In this document: in pieces, positions 28,424 through 38,315 of the stretch
How positions within the stretch are numbered: position 1 is the first letter of the stretch
How the letters are laid out: the number at the start of each line of letters is the position of its first letter
IMG/VR virus record: IMGVR_UViG_3300018089_000001
Location: 1 to 64,000 of that record
DNA from: a virus
Taxonomy: Duplodnaviria; Caudoviricetes
Reading direction: 5' to 3' (one strand)
Length of the DNA: 64,000 nt
Notes under the pieces: model-generated
What the model saw: only the letters and a program-made list of their open reading frames with translations
Told to the model about the DNA's origin: nothing
The model's database searches: none
Program-made: the position numbers and the translations under genes

Positions 28424-29446
28424 TCACTCGGTATCGATCGAGTCCTCGTTACGCGAGCGGAAGTAGGCCCGGAGGTCGTCCCGCATGCGTTCGCCGGCCC
28501 TGGTCAGCTGGATCAGGCCCTGCGAGTCGTGGCGGACGTCCCTCTCGGGGTCATACTGCCACTTCTGGAGGATCTTCCAGCGGTCAACGTATTGGCGATC
28601 ACGTTTTCGACCATGCCAGAAATGGAGCAGGGTCCCGGGGACGTACCCAACGTCTCCCCTGACGGCCTCCGCGCACCTCTCCTGGTAAAGGAGGGCGTGC
28701 CGGAGGTAGTTCGCGTGGAGTCCATCGGGGATCGCCTTTCCGACCTTCCCCAGCCAGGCCAGGGCCATCATGTGGTCCGCGGAGCCGAGGACGCTCCAGT
28801 CCAGGAGGCCACCCATCTCGTCGAGGGTCTCCCGGCGCGCGGCCCAGGCGAACCCCGGATGCCAGAACTTCGCGGGGACGTCAGGCTGGTGAAACCTGGC
28901 CTGAACCTGCTGGACCTCCTGCGAGCTCCTGTAGTAGTTCGCCGCGTCGACCTCGGCCTGGCTCCCGTTGAAGACCTCGGGCAGCCCGTCGGCCTGGGAG
29001 TACCCGAAGCCGTTGAAGACCTGGAGGATCTCGCCGGTCGGACCGAGGTCCGCGGCGCACTGGAACATCTGGACGACCCGGTAGTGCTGGAGCTGGTGGA
29101 CCGTCTCCTCCGCCCAGTCGGGGCGGACGAACTGCACGTCGCCGTCGATCCAGGCCACGTACTTGGCCTCCGGCGGCAGCCGAGAGAGGCCGACGTTGAT
29201 GAGCGATTCCTTGACCCAGAGCTCCTGTTGCTGGACGACCATGCTGTGCCAGTCCACCCCCCGCCCAGTGTGGTCCGCGTCACGCTCGCCGAAGCTCGCC
29301 TCGACGACGTGGAGGCTGACTCCCGCGGCCTGACACCTGGCAACGAACTCCTTGAAGAGCCGGTGGCGGCTCCTGAACCTCAGGGGGTTGTGGACGACCG
29401 CGACCACATGGAGGTGGTGCGGGTCAAAGGTCTCGTGTGATCTCAT
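28424..29446 (-). CDS. GT-A-like glycosyltransferase
   Basis: LWVKESLIN, YVAWIDGDV, HPGFAWAARRE, GSADH, HFWHG. Confidence 0.7.
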   Translation of the reverse strand: MRSHETFDPHHLHVVAVVHNPLRFRSRHRLFKEFVARCQAAGVSLHVVEASFGERDADHTGRGVDWHSMVVQQQELWVKESLINVGLSRLPPEAKYVAWIDGDVQFVRPDWAEETVHQLQHYRVVQMFQCAADLGPTGEILQVFNGFGYSQADGLPEVFNGSQAEVDAANYYRSSQEVQQVQARFHQPDVPAKFWHPGFAWAARRETLDEMGGLLDWSVLGSADHMMALAWLGKVGKAIPDGLHANYLRHALLYQERCAEAVRGDVGYVPGTLLHFWHGRKRDRQYVDRWKILQKWQYDPERDVRHDSQGLIQLTRAGERMRDDLRAYFRSRNEDSIDTE

Positions 29447-30318
29447 ACGCTCTGCTCCCTGCCGTCCTCTCCCGGGTAGAACTTTCGCAGTTGACGGAAC
29501 CCGTTGAAGTTCCCAGACGGACCCGGTTCAGCGACGGCGACGTGTTCGAAGGGCGACCAGTGCCCGCTGTTCCGCAGCCTCATGCTCAGCTTGATGTCGT
29601 TGCGGACGTCCCGGCCCTCACCCTGCCGAACATAGGAGACTGCGGCGCACCGGGCGGCAGACACCATCGCGGGCATCGGCACGCCCTCGACTCCACCGAG
29701 CGCGGCCGCGTAGTCCTCAGGAAGCATGTACGGGGTGTGCCACATACCCCATCCGAGCTCCCTTGGGAGGCTCGCGCCCATCGCGTCCCGGATGCACATG
29801 GCGAGCTCCTGGAACTCCGGCTGGGCGTCCGGATGCAGCCGCAGCTTGAAGAAGTTGCGCCACTCGGTGCCCGAGATGACCGCGGTATGCCAGACCCACG
29901 GCTCCAGGATGCGGTTGACGACCTGCTTGTGCAGCCCGACCCTCACCAGCAGCCAGGCGAAGGCGATGGCGGGCAGCCGGGCCCACAGGAAGAGCCTCCT
30001 GGCGAGCCCGCGGCGCCACCCGGTGAGTTCTGAGCGGGCCTGCATGCCGGCCTGGTTGCTTCCCCAGTGGACCGGCACCGCCGGGTCACGGTAGACCTGG
30101 CGGATGATCTTCGAGGCCGGGATGGCCCGGCTCGAGGCCGAGTTCTTGCTCAGCATCCTGTGTGTGTTGAGCTCCGCCAGGATCCAGCGGTTGAAGACCG
30201 CCTCGACGGTCGTCAGCCGGTCCCCGTCGGGGTTCACTGAGTCCGCGATGACCCTCGCCATGATACCGCGGTTGCTGACCACGTGCCAACACGTCCCGTT
30301 CCCTTCAGCCAAAGCCAT
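29443..30318 (-). CDS. thyX: FAD-dependent thymidylate synthase
   Basis: AELNTHRMLSKNSASSRAIP, HKQVVNR, AQPEF, HWSPFEH. Confidence 0.85.
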   Translation of the reverse strand: MALAEGNGTCWHVVSNRGIMARVIADSVNPDGDRLTTVEAVFNRWILAELNTHRMLSKNSASSRAIPASKIIRQVYRDPAVPVHWGSNQAGMQARSELTGWRRGLARRLFLWARLPAIAFAWLLVRVGLHKQVVNRILEPWVWHTAVISGTEWRNFFKLRLHPDAQPEFQELAMCIRDAMGASLPRELGWGMWHTPYMLPEDYAAALGGVEGVPMPAMVSAARCAAVSYVRQGEGRDVRNDIKLSMRLRNSGHWSPFEHVAVAEPGPSGNFNGFRQLRKFYPGEDGREQSV

Positions 30319-30328
30319 GCGGTCCCTT

Positions 30329-31054
30329 TCAGAAGTCGATCACGTTGAACGTCGTCGCGGCGTTCGAGAAGAGCACCGTCGAGATGCGTCTCGTCATCCC
30401 CCCGCACTCGTGGATGTGTCCGAACAGGTGGAGGGAGCTCGGGGGCTGGTCTCCCAGCTCACGCTCGACCTCCCATACGGACGGGAGGGTGCGCTTGACA
30501 AGCCAGTACGCCATCTCCTCGAGACCGTAGTGGATGCCGGCGACGTCGTCGCGATGGTGCTCGGGGCCATCGCTGTCTAGGACACCGTGGGGCGGATAGT
30601 GCGTCACGTAGACGTCCGCCTGGGGCATGGCCCTCATCCTGTCGATGAGGTCCGGGCGGTGGGTCTCGTCGCTCCAGGTCCCGTGGATCCACGGGATGCC
30701 GCGGTGCCCGGTGAAGCGCAAGCCAGCGATCTCGTGGACCTCGTTCCCGATCAGCTCGGTCACGTCCGCGCCGGGAAACAGCGCGGCCGCGTCGATGAAG
30801 TCGTGGTTCCCGCGTACAGCGACGATCGGCGCGTCAGGGGAGGCGAGCATGCCGCGGTGCGGGTATCCCCGCTCGGCGAGCCACTCGGCCTGCTTCACGC
30901 GCTCGAACGACGGGTCGATCTTCCAGAGTCGGAGCCCGTAGTCCCGCTCGACGACGGGGTGGTTCGACAGCATGTCCCCGGTGAAGACGTAGACGTCCGC
31001 CTCGGGGAGCTCTATCAGCCTGCCGTGCCAGTCGCTGGCGTGGACGATCCTCAT
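30329..31054 (-). CDS. calcineurin-like metallophosphoesterase
   Basis: SDWH, GD, GNHD, TH, FGHIHE. Confidence 0.9.
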   Translation of the reverse strand: MRIVHASDWHGRLIELPEADVYVFTGDMLSNHPVVERDYGLRLWKIDPSFERVKQAEWLAERGYPHRGMLASPDAPIVAVRGNHDFIDAAALFPGADVTELIGNEVHEIAGLRFTGHRGIPWIHGTWSDETHRPDLIDRMRAMPQADVYVTHYPPHGVLDSDGPEHHRDDVAGIHYGLEEMAYWLVKRTLPSVWEVERELGDQPPSSLHLFGHIHECGGMTRRISTVLFSNAATTFNVIDF

Positions 31055-31180
31055 GGGAGGATCATACCACGCGGCGCCGGCGCCTCCTCGCCTGCCTCAG
31101 GACCCTGCGACGGTTCGCGTCCTCGGTCCTGTGCAGTCGGGCCATGCGGGCCCGGGCGAGGAGGATCAGGCGCGGCTCGC

Positions 31181-31561
31181 TCAGCGGTACCTCCGCGTGG
31201 TCGTGACGGTCGTTGTGGCCCGCGGACGGAACGCCGATGACGAGCGGACCGTCGTGGTCGTGGTCACCGGGGCGCGGTAGCTCGGAATCACCGCGGGCGT
31301 CCGATAGACGGGCGGACGGGTCACGATGACCGGCGGGGAATGCACGATAACCGTGCGTCGCACGTACCGCGGGCCGATCCAGACGTGCATGGGGTTGTAA
31401 TACCCCGGCGTCCAGTTGTAGTTCGTGTCGCACGCGGGCGATTGGTACAGTTGCCCGGCACAGGGATCGACCGCCTGGACGATCGGGCCCGGCGCGGGGG
31501 ACACGTACGTGCTGTCGCAGGCGGCGGTCAGGGCTGCGAACGCGAGGGCGAGGCGCTTCAT
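31181..31561 (-). CDS. lipoprotein with Pro/Thr/Arg-rich tail
   Basis: MKRLALAFAALTAAC lipobox. Confidence 0.6.
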   Translation of the reverse strand: MKRLALAFAALTAACDSTYVSPAPGPIVQAVDPCAGQLYQSPACDTNYNWTPGYYNPMHVWIGPRYVRRTVIVHSPPVIVTRPPVYRTPAVIPSYRAPVTTTTTVRSSSAFRPRATTTVTTTRRYR

Positions 31562-31892
31562 TCGTCTTCTCCGATGATGGGGATCGTCGTCACCCCCCGC
31601 TCCCCTCCGGTCGCCTCGTCGATGGCCCGACGGGCCGCCTCGACCTGCTCCCGCATCCTCTCGGCGCGTGGGTCTGGCTGCCACGGGTCCATGCCGAGGT
31701 ACTCCCGGATGTCGGCGGGTGTGGACTGGTCCATCATACCGCTGTCACCCTGGTGAAGGTGGTACCACTCACTGAACGTGGGCTTGCGGCCCGGGCGGCC
31801 CCAGTGGCCCGCCATCCGCTTCTCGCGGCGCCAGTCGCGCGAGAAGCGGTCGTACTGCCTACGCGCGACGGCGCGCGCGATGGTCCTGGACA

Positions 31893-32213
31893 TCACTCGT
31901 CCTCCTTGCCGCGGGCTATCGCGGCGTAGATCTCCGCCAGCTCGCGGTCCCTGACGGGGGGAGCGGACGGAGGCTTTCGATCGAGACCCTCGTCGCGGAC
32001 CCACTGGTCCACCATCGCGAGGGCCGCCGGATGCTTGGTGACGAAGCCCCTGATGAGGGCCTCGAGGAGGGCCGGCACGGTGATCCGGTCCTCCCGACAG
32101 CGGACGTAGAGGGACTCCCGGAGCTGGCGGGGGAGGCTACAGCGGATGGTCGTGAAGTCCACCCGCCGGCGCCTCTCCGCCTCGATCCTCAGGAGTTTTC
32201 CGACCCGGGACAC
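31893..32213 (-). CDS. RHH-like hypothetical protein
   Basis: IRCSLPRQLRESLYVRCREDRITVPALLEALI. Confidence 0.5.
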   Translation of the reverse strand: MSRVGKLLRIEAERRRRVDFTTIRCSLPRQLRESLYVRCREDRITVPALLEALIRGFVTKHPAALAMVDQWVRDEGLDRKPPSAPPVRDRELAEIYAAIARGKEDE

Positions 32214-32759
32214 TGTCCGAGCAGGCAGCCGACGGACTGGACCGGGGAGTCGATCAGCCCAAGCTGGCTGTCAACCGCAGTCCCGCTGAGCGTGATCGTG
32301 AACGTGCCCGGCCACCAGTGGTTCCCGCCGCAACCGACCTGCCCGCAGACGGGACAGGACACGACCCAGATCGGGTTCGGGTAATGGGGTGGCTGCGTCC
32401 ACGGCCTCGGCAGCCGATCGACGACCCTCTCCGGGACCGACTGGATCTCCCGGAGGAGGTCCTCGAGCCCCTTGCCCTTCAGCACACCGGGCTTCTTCGG
32501 AGCGGGTGGTCGCTCCTCGCGGAGCCTCCGCTCGTACTCGGCGAGCTCGTCGGCGGTTCCCTCCAGGACCTCCTCGGTCCCGTCGGCCCTCTTGAAGGTC
32601 CGCTTCACCGGTCCTCCCCGTCCACCCTCTCGACCGAGAGGACCGTGACGTTGCCGTCGATCCCGGCGTCCCGGAGGGCCTCCCAGAAGGCCTCGACGAG
32701 GGCGTCGAGCCCCCCGTCGTCCTCCTCGGACGCGATCTCCAGTGTCACCCGGGAGGCGC

Positions 32760-33119
32760 TCACCCCTCCTCCGACTGGAGGTTAGGGGGGAGGAGGAGCG
32801 GGACGAGCCGGACGAGCCCCTCCCTGTCCCCGACAGTCAGCGGGACGTGCTCGCTCGTGTTCGTCACCTTGACCACGATCTCCTCACCGGCCGGGATGAC
32901 CTGCCGGACCTCGATGTGGGCCGCCGAGGGCAGCGCGATGAGGTTGCAGTTCGCGGCCACGCCCAGCCGGACGTCCATCGACACCTTGGGCGGCAGGGAC
33001 CGCTCGAACGGGTTCCGTCCGATGAACCAGTGGGGGGTCTGGGTGGGCCGGAGCCCGTCTCCGATCAGGTGCCAGACCACGCGGGGGCCGGTGGTCTCCT
33101 TTTCAGCATTCTTCGCCAT
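32760..33119 (-). CDS. degenerate trimeric dUTPase-fold protein
   Basis: LPP....VRLGVA; EIVVKVTNTS....VGDR...LV; catalytic motifs absent. Confidence 0.45.
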   Translation of the reverse strand: MAKNAEKETTGPRVVWHLIGDGLRPTQTPHWFIGRNPFERSLPPKVSMDVRLGVAANCNLIALPSAAHIEVRQVIPAGEEIVVKVTNTSEHVPLTVGDREGLVRLVPLLLPPNLQSEEG

Positions 33120-34275
33120 CTGTTCCTTGTCGTTCAGTTGCCTCAGCAGTCGCCGCAGGAACCTCTCCTGCCACCGCATCTCCTACCAGCCCCTCGAGCA
33201 CGTCCACGAAGTTGCGGACGTCCATGTGAGACAAGATATGCGCGGCCTCCTCACGGATGACCCTCCTCCGGATCGGGGACACGTTTCGTAGCTCGGTGGC
33301 CTGCTCGAGGAGGCCCTGGGCGTCCCCGACCACCCGCTGCGCGTACTGGCCGACGCCGAGGTGGCACGCCAGCCCGATCGGAACGCTCCCGAACAAAACG
33401 GCCTCCCACGGCCGGGGCGTGATGAAGCCGCTCTCATAGTACGACTGCTTCGCGAGGAGTGGGACGGCGGCCACCCGGGAGTACGCCTCACGGAAACCCC
33501 GCACGCCGATCCGACCTGCGAAGGTGACGCCCGGCCAACGCCGCCGGACCTCCTCCGCGGGCTCCCACTTGCCCCAGAACTTGACCCGATGGGTCCTCGG
33601 AGGGGCGATCGGGCCGATCCAGCGGTCGATCGTCTCGTCCCGCTCGTAGCGGGACCCGATGTAGCCGAGGTGGTGGGACGGCTTCCGTTCGTCGATGTCG
33701 TGTTGGAGCAGGTCCGCGGTGACGAAGGGCGGCTCGACGCGAGTGGCCCCGATCAACGATCGTGACGCTGTCTCGATGACCTTGACTCCATGCCAGAATG
33801 CGAGGGACTCTTCGTCCAACTTGTGATCGAGATCCCAGACCACGACGGGGACGCCCAGATCGAGATAGTGGCGGAGGACCTCGACCTGCCGGTCGAGGTC
33901 GGACTGGAAGTTGGGCTTTCCGCGGTCCTCCGGAGTGTTTCGACCCGGGATGGACCACCGCCACTCGATCAGGACCATGTCCAGCTCGGGGAACCTGACG
34001 TCCGAGAGTCTCGTCCAGCCCCGGACGAGCATCCGCTCGTAGGAGAGGAGCCGCTTCCGGCCGCTGAAGGCTGAGAAGAGGTCCCCGCCCAACCGGGTGG
34101 CGGCCGGGGCGTCGAGGTTCGGGCCCAGGGGGATGAGCTTGTGACCCCGTCGCTCACACTCGTGCTCGATGGACCACGAGTACGTCGCATTGCCGTCGGG
34201 GGTCGACAACTCCGACCCGTCGGGAGCCATCTTGACGTCGCCGAGGAAGCCCCGGAAGAGGTAGCCGATCCTCAC
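33103..34275 (-). CDS. GT-B glycosyltransferase, candidate DNA-base glycosyltransferase
   Basis: RIGYLFRGFLGD..STPDG; WDLD; GYIGSRYERD; FWGKW; GFITPRPWEA. Confidence 0.7.
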   Translation of the reverse strand: MRIGYLFRGFLGDVKMAPDGSELSTPDGNATYSWSIEHECERRGHKLIPLGPNLDAPAATRLGGDLFSAFSGRKRLLSYERMLVRGWTRLSDVRFPELDMVLIEWRWSIPGRNTPEDRGKPNFQSDLDRQVEVLRHYLDLGVPVVVWDLDHKLDEESLAFWHGVKVIETASRSLIGATRVEPPFVTADLLQHDIDERKPSHHLGYIGSRYERDETIDRWIGPIAPPRTHRVKFWGKWEPAEEVRRRWPGVTFAGRIGVRGFREAYSRVAAVPLLAKQSYYESGFITPRPWEAVLFGSVPIGLACHLGVGQYAQRVVGDAQGLLEQATELRNVSPIRRRVIREEAAHILSHMDVRNFVDVLEGLVGDAVAGEVPAATAEATERQGTDGEEC

Positions 34276-34541
34276 TGATCGTACACGCCCTCCGCGAGGG
34301 CCCCGTTGAGGTACTCGAGGTGCCTCCGGATCCACCGCATGAACGTCAGGGCCTTGTCGCTCGGAAGAAACTCGCCCCCGCCGGCATCGGAGACGGGAAT
34401 CGGGAAGTCGAAGGAGTGGATGGAGCAGGTGCCACCCTCGGTGGTCCCCTCCCAGTCGATCCTGTACCACAGGTTACCGTCCTGGTACCGCTGGAACCAG
34501 GCGATGCTCTTCGCGAGTTGAACGATCGTCGGCAGCTTCAC
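34272..34541 (-). CDS. conserved phage hypothetical protein
   Basis: YQDGNLWY...FPIPVSDAG...DKALTFMRWIRRH. Confidence 0.6.
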   Translation of the reverse strand: MKLPTIVQLAKSIAWFQRYQDGNLWYRIDWEGTTEGGTCSIHSFDFPIPVSDAGGGEFLPSDKALTFMRWIRRHLEYLNGALAEGVYDQ

Positions 34542-35152
34542 AGGCCCATCTCCCTCTCGCCCAGCAGGGCGAGGCAACGCTTCGTGTCGAAGTCCTCCCG
34601 TTCCCTCCCGCTCAGGTGGAGGGACTGGGAGGTGTCGTAGCGGACGACACGGCAGTCCGTCCAACACATGAACATGTCGTACATCCGCTTCACGTCCCAG
34701 TACCGCTCCGGCGGGACCAGCTCGTCCTGTTCCTGGGGCTGGACGGAGGCGTAGAGGTACAGGATCACCGTCCCGAGGTTCACGTGGGCGTGGTCGATCT
34801 CGTCCAGGAGCCGCACGTCGGTCTCCCGCTCGAACACGGCCGAGTACACCCACTCGCAGGGGTAGGCCCGGTCGCTGATGAAGCGATATCCGGTCTGCTG
34901 GAGAAAGTGCGTGAGCGTGTAGTCGAAGGCCAGCGACGAGCGGCCGCCCTGTCGAAAGATCTGCTTCTCGGTCGGGCACTTGAACACCGGGATCCCGGTG
35001 AGCTCCGACATGCGTTTGGCGATCGTGGTCTTCCCGACTCCGTCGGGGCCGACGACGAGGACCGACGGACCCTTTCGGATGACTCTGGGCTTGAGAGCCC
35101 ACTCGGTGTCGGTCTCATCGGCAGTGCTGTCGATGACTATCGTGTCCTGCAT
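34538..35152 (-). CDS. dNMP/thymidylate-type kinase
   Basis: GPDGVGKTT, SDRAYPCEWVYS. Confidence 0.8.
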   Translation of the reverse strand: MQDTIVIDSTADETDTEWALKPRVIRKGPSVLVVGPDGVGKTTIAKRMSELTGIPVFKCPTEKQIFRQGGRSSLAFDYTLTHFLQQTGYRFISDRAYPCEWVYSAVFERETDVRLLDEIDHAHVNLGTVILYLYASVQPQEQDELVPPERYWDVKRMYDMFMCWTDCRVVRYDTSQSLHLSGREREDFDTKRCLALLGEREMGL

Positions 35153-35315
35153 CAGTCCTCCATCGGATCACGGGGTTCCAGCTCACGCTCCACGGCGCGC
35201 TCGACGGCCCACTCGAACTGCTCGTTGATGTGTTGGGCGAGCCATGCAAGGGTCTTCCTCGTGGACCCGTCGACCCCGGCATCGGTCATCACCCTCGCGA
35301 GTTTCTCGAGGTCTA

Positions 35316-35738
35316 TCACTTGCGTCTCCTTCGCATGCGGCGGAGGGTCCGCTGGGCCCTCTCGTTCATGATAACACCGTCGAGCCTGGAGGCCTCCTCG
35401 AGGGTCAGGAGCTCGCCGCACCTGCGGAGCTCTTCCTCGGTCACGACGAGGTACGTCCAGCCGTTCGCGGCGGCCCACGCCTCCGCGGCGCGCCTCTTCG
35501 CCGTGTTGTTGCGGTTCCCGGCGCGGGAGCTCGGCTTGATCTCGACCAGCGTCCTCGTCTGGGGGAGCGTGAGGTCCACCACGTAGGTCCTCCTCCCCTC
35601 TTTCCCGTAGGGTATCCTCGTCGCCTCATAGAGCATCGTGGACCCCAGGATTAGGCCGTCGGCCTCCAGGTTACGGATGACCGCCAGCTCGAGCAGGCTC
35701 CTGAACCGCGTCCCGCGATAGGTTCCGGAGAAGGCCAT
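35316..35738 (-). CDS. TnsA-N/T4 gp4-like PD-(D/E)XK nuclease
   Basis: FRSLLE, YE...IPY, YVVD, VEIKP, K..AA..W. Confidence 0.75.
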   Translation of the reverse strand: MAFSGTYRGTRFRSLLELAVIRNLEADGLILGSTMLYEATRIPYGKEGRRTYVVDLTLPQTRTLVEIKPSSRAGNRNNTAKRRAAEAWAAANGWTYLVVTEEELRRCGELLTLEEASRLDGVIMNERAQRTLRRMRRRRK

Positions 35739-36090
35739 CAGCCCCCGTACGCGGTCTCAAACGCCCGATCGACCTGCCTCTGGACCTCTGGCGTCACGTC
35801 TGGTTCGGTGAACAGCGACTCCGTCGCGACCCGGGTGTCAGAGACCGGCAGCTTATAGCAGCTCAACATCACGCCCAGCTCATTCCGTTCCACGGAGAAC
35901 GAGGCGGAGGACGCCATCTCCAGGAAGGACTCGAACGGGACGATGATGCAGACCGGTTTCCCGAAATGGAGGTGCTCGATGACCCGCTTCCGCATGGCCT
36001 CGCACGGCTCCCGATACCTGTCACCGACGTACGAGGCGGGCGCGAGCGGGTCCCCTTCAAACCTGATGAAGAAATACGAGTCGATGGTCT

Positions 36091-37182
36091 TCACGGGACC
36101 TCGAAGAGTAGGGACCAGCACTCCATCGCGTCACCGAGTCGGCTCCAGTACGCCGCGTGCTCGCCGCCGAACCCCCGGACCGCGGAGGCGACCCTCCGGT
36201 AGCATTCGGTGGGTGTCCGGAGGCCATCGAGTCGCACCGCGTCGATCCTCTCCCAAAACGTTTCGTTCTGTTCGATCCCGTTGGCCTCCTTGCGGAGGTT
36301 CTTGAACGGGTCGGACGCCCGGTCGTGATGGATGTGCGGGGTACCTGTGCTGACGACCCACCCGAGGTGGTCGCAGATCCTCTTTTGGATGATGCCGCAC
36401 CATATGTCCCCCATCCTATCGAACGGAAGGGGCTCGGTGAAGCCCTCGAAGCCCCTCCGCACCGACTTGATCTGCCCCATGAGCAGGTGGTAGCTCAGCG
36501 GGATCGTCTCGCGCCGCCACATCACGTTCATCCCGCAGAAGGGGAAGAATGCCCCGTGCGGGACGATGCGGTTGTCATGGGTGTACGTCTCCGGGACCGG
36601 ATCGACGAGCTGCTGGGGGGCGTCGTAGTCGAGGACGCCCTGCCAGATCCCGTGGTTGACGTGGACCGGCCGCGAGCCGAGGTTCCGGTACGGGACCCCG
36701 CGCGGCCGGACGCTGTTCAGCGTGTTGAACCACCTCGTGCGTTGCAACATCCCCCTATGCAGGAGATCGAGCTGCTCGTAGCCCTTCGCGGGGTAACAGT
36801 CGTCGTCAAGGGTCTGCAGGAAACCGTACCCCTGGCTCCAGGCCCACCAGTAGCCGAAGCTCCTGACGGTGTCCGAGCGGCGGGGAATGATCCACGACCA
36901 AGCGTGCATGTCGATGTCCTCCCAGCAGAAGTGCTGGGCGACGTCGGTCACGGACGGCGTGAAGGTCTTCCGCGGATTGTCCTCGACGAGGATGAGGTCG
37001 ACCCGATCGAGCATCCCGGTGGGTCGCCACTCCGCGACGAACCGCGAGAAGCTCTCCCTCCTGATCGAGGGGACGACGAGGGCCACGCGGTCTCTGTTAG
37101 GACCTGTTAGGCCCTCGTCGTCATCGTCAGGGCCTAGATTCTCTGAGAGATCCTGAGGGAGGAGGGGGTAGTCAGCTTCCAT
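36091..37182 (-). CDS. RGP (GT75)/UDP-arabinopyranose mutase-like protein
   Basis: RSFGY, LDDDCYP, WFNTL, RGVPY, GIW...DYDAPQQL, FCGMN, DIWCG..K.ICDHLG, ASDPFKNLRKE. Confidence 0.85.
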   Translation of the reverse strand: MEADYPLLPQDLSENLGPDDDDEGLTGPNRDRVALVVPSIRRESFSRFVAEWRPTGMLDRVDLILVEDNPRKTFTPSVTDVAQHFCWEDIDMHAWSWIIPRRSDTVRSFGYWWAWSQGYGFLQTLDDDCYPAKGYEQLDLLHRGMLQRTRWFNTLNSVRPRGVPYRNLGSRPVHVNHGIWQGVLDYDAPQQLVDPVPETYTHDNRIVPHGAFFPFCGMNVMWRRETIPLSYHLLMGQIKSVRRGFEGFTEPLPFDRMGDIWCGIIQKRICDHLGWVVSTGTPHIHHDRASDPFKNLRKEANGIEQNETFWERIDAVRLDGLRTPTECYRRVASAVRGFGGEHAAYWSRLGDAMECWSLLFEVP

Positions 37183-37546
37183 TTCGAATCCTCCAGAGCT
37201 CGATTGCCTGGCAGCAGTGGCCCTCCATGCCGAACATGTCGGAGAGGCCGCTGGCCGATCTTATCACGTCGAGCAGCCACGGGTTCTCCCTGATCCACTC
37301 GTCCCAGAGCCAGGAGTATAGCGCGGCGCACTCCGCCTGGTTCGTCACGCCGACTCCGGCGACCCGCTTCGCCTTGGCGGCCCTCCAGTCGAGACCAGTC
37401 GAGCCGTCCTCGAAGACCTTGTACGCCTGGTACGCCTCCTCAATGGAGGCCCCTCCGAGGCACGACGGCCTCGCGTAGAACGCCGAGAGCCGGGTGTCAC
37501 CCCGGCTACTACACTCGAGGTACGGTGGGTCGCCGACGCGGATCAA
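37172..37546 (-). CDS. conserved phage protein, possibly NADAR-like
   Basis: LECSSRGDTRLSAFYA...SIEEAYQAYK...DMFG...CQA; TTG start after GGGGGA. Confidence 0.5.
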   Translation of the reverse strand: MIRVGDPPYLECSSRGDTRLSAFYARPSCLGGASIEEAYQAYKVFEDGSTGLDWRAAKAKRVAGVGVTNQAECAALYSWLWDEWIRENPWLLDVIRSASGLSDMFGMEGHCCQAIELWRIRNGS

Positions 37547-37661
37547 TCGTCCCCCGAGAGCAGGTCGGCGATCATCGCGACCGGAGACATCACGAAGATG
37601 AACGCCCAGAACAGGACGTGGATGCACCACGGCTCACCACGGAGGTCACCGAAGTCTGCCA

Positions 37662-37877
37662 TCAGCAGATCCTCCTGTCACCGGCGGACGGACGGGGGAT
37701 GGGCTTCAGGATGTCCGCCAGGTTCGGCCTGTCGTGGGTCTGTTTCTGGAAGACGAGGGCGAGGTGGTCGTTGACCATGCGGATCTGCGCCGGACTCAGC
37801 GTGATCGCGGTATCGTCGCCGACCATCGACAGCTCGAAGAACCCCTGGAGCCAGTAGCAGAACTGCTCGGGCGTCAC
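37662..37877 (-). CDS. conserved small phage protein
   Basis: MTPEQFCYWLQGFFEL...DHLALVF. Confidence 0.65.
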   Translation of the reverse strand: MTPEQFCYWLQGFFELSMVGDDTAITLSPAQIRMVNDHLALVFQKQTHDRPNLADILKPIPRPSAGDRRIC

Positions 37878-38305
37878 ATGCCCTCCCGGTGGACGAAGTT
37901 ACCGCAGTTCCCGTTGGAGCACTCGACGCGGACGAACCCGACGTACGCGTCCGAGCCGCAGAGCGGGCACCCGTTCCTGTGCGGCCAGAAGTGGTCGTCG
38001 TGGGCCCTCGCCATGACCTCGGTCTCAGGATCGAGTCCGTCCGGGTCCTTGACCGGATATGGGACGGCCGCGATGGGTAGATCGATCTCGACGCAGGGGT
38101 TCACGCCCCCCCACCTCCTGTCGAAATCGAAGAGCAGCGAGGTCGGCAGCGGCATCGGCTGGATGCGCGGCTTAGTGATCTCGAAGATGCCGTCGGTGTA
38201 CGACATGACCTTGGTCCTCTGGTACTGAAGAAAGGGGAGCCTCTTCAGCTCCTCAGCGTACTCGTTCCACAGGGCCTTTACCTTGGCCCACTCGTCTTCG
38301 CCCAT
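37874..38305 (-). CDS. hypothetical protein with C-terminal Zn-ribbon
   Basis: CPLCGSDAYVGFVRVECSNGNC. Confidence 0.6.
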   Translation of the reverse strand: MGEDEWAKVKALWNEYAEELKRLPFLQYQRTKVMSYTDGIFEITKPRIQPMPLPTSLLFDFDRRWGGVNPCVEIDLPIAAVPYPVKDPDGLDPETEVMARAHDDHFWPHRNGCPLCGSDAYVGFVRVECSNGNCGNFVHREGM

Positions 38306-38315
38306 CCGAGTCCTT

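Noticed and set aside
24254-29440. Long antisense ORFs (e.g. 24254..25690, 26086..27507, 28064..29440, also 40969..42279 and 50878..52173)
   Set aside because: Shadow ORFs expected at high GC opposite well-supported genes; no motifs.
35316-35738. Tn7-like transposon from the TnsA-like gene
   Set aside because: No TnsB/TnsC or terminal repeats; this fold is common as a stand-alone phage nuclease.
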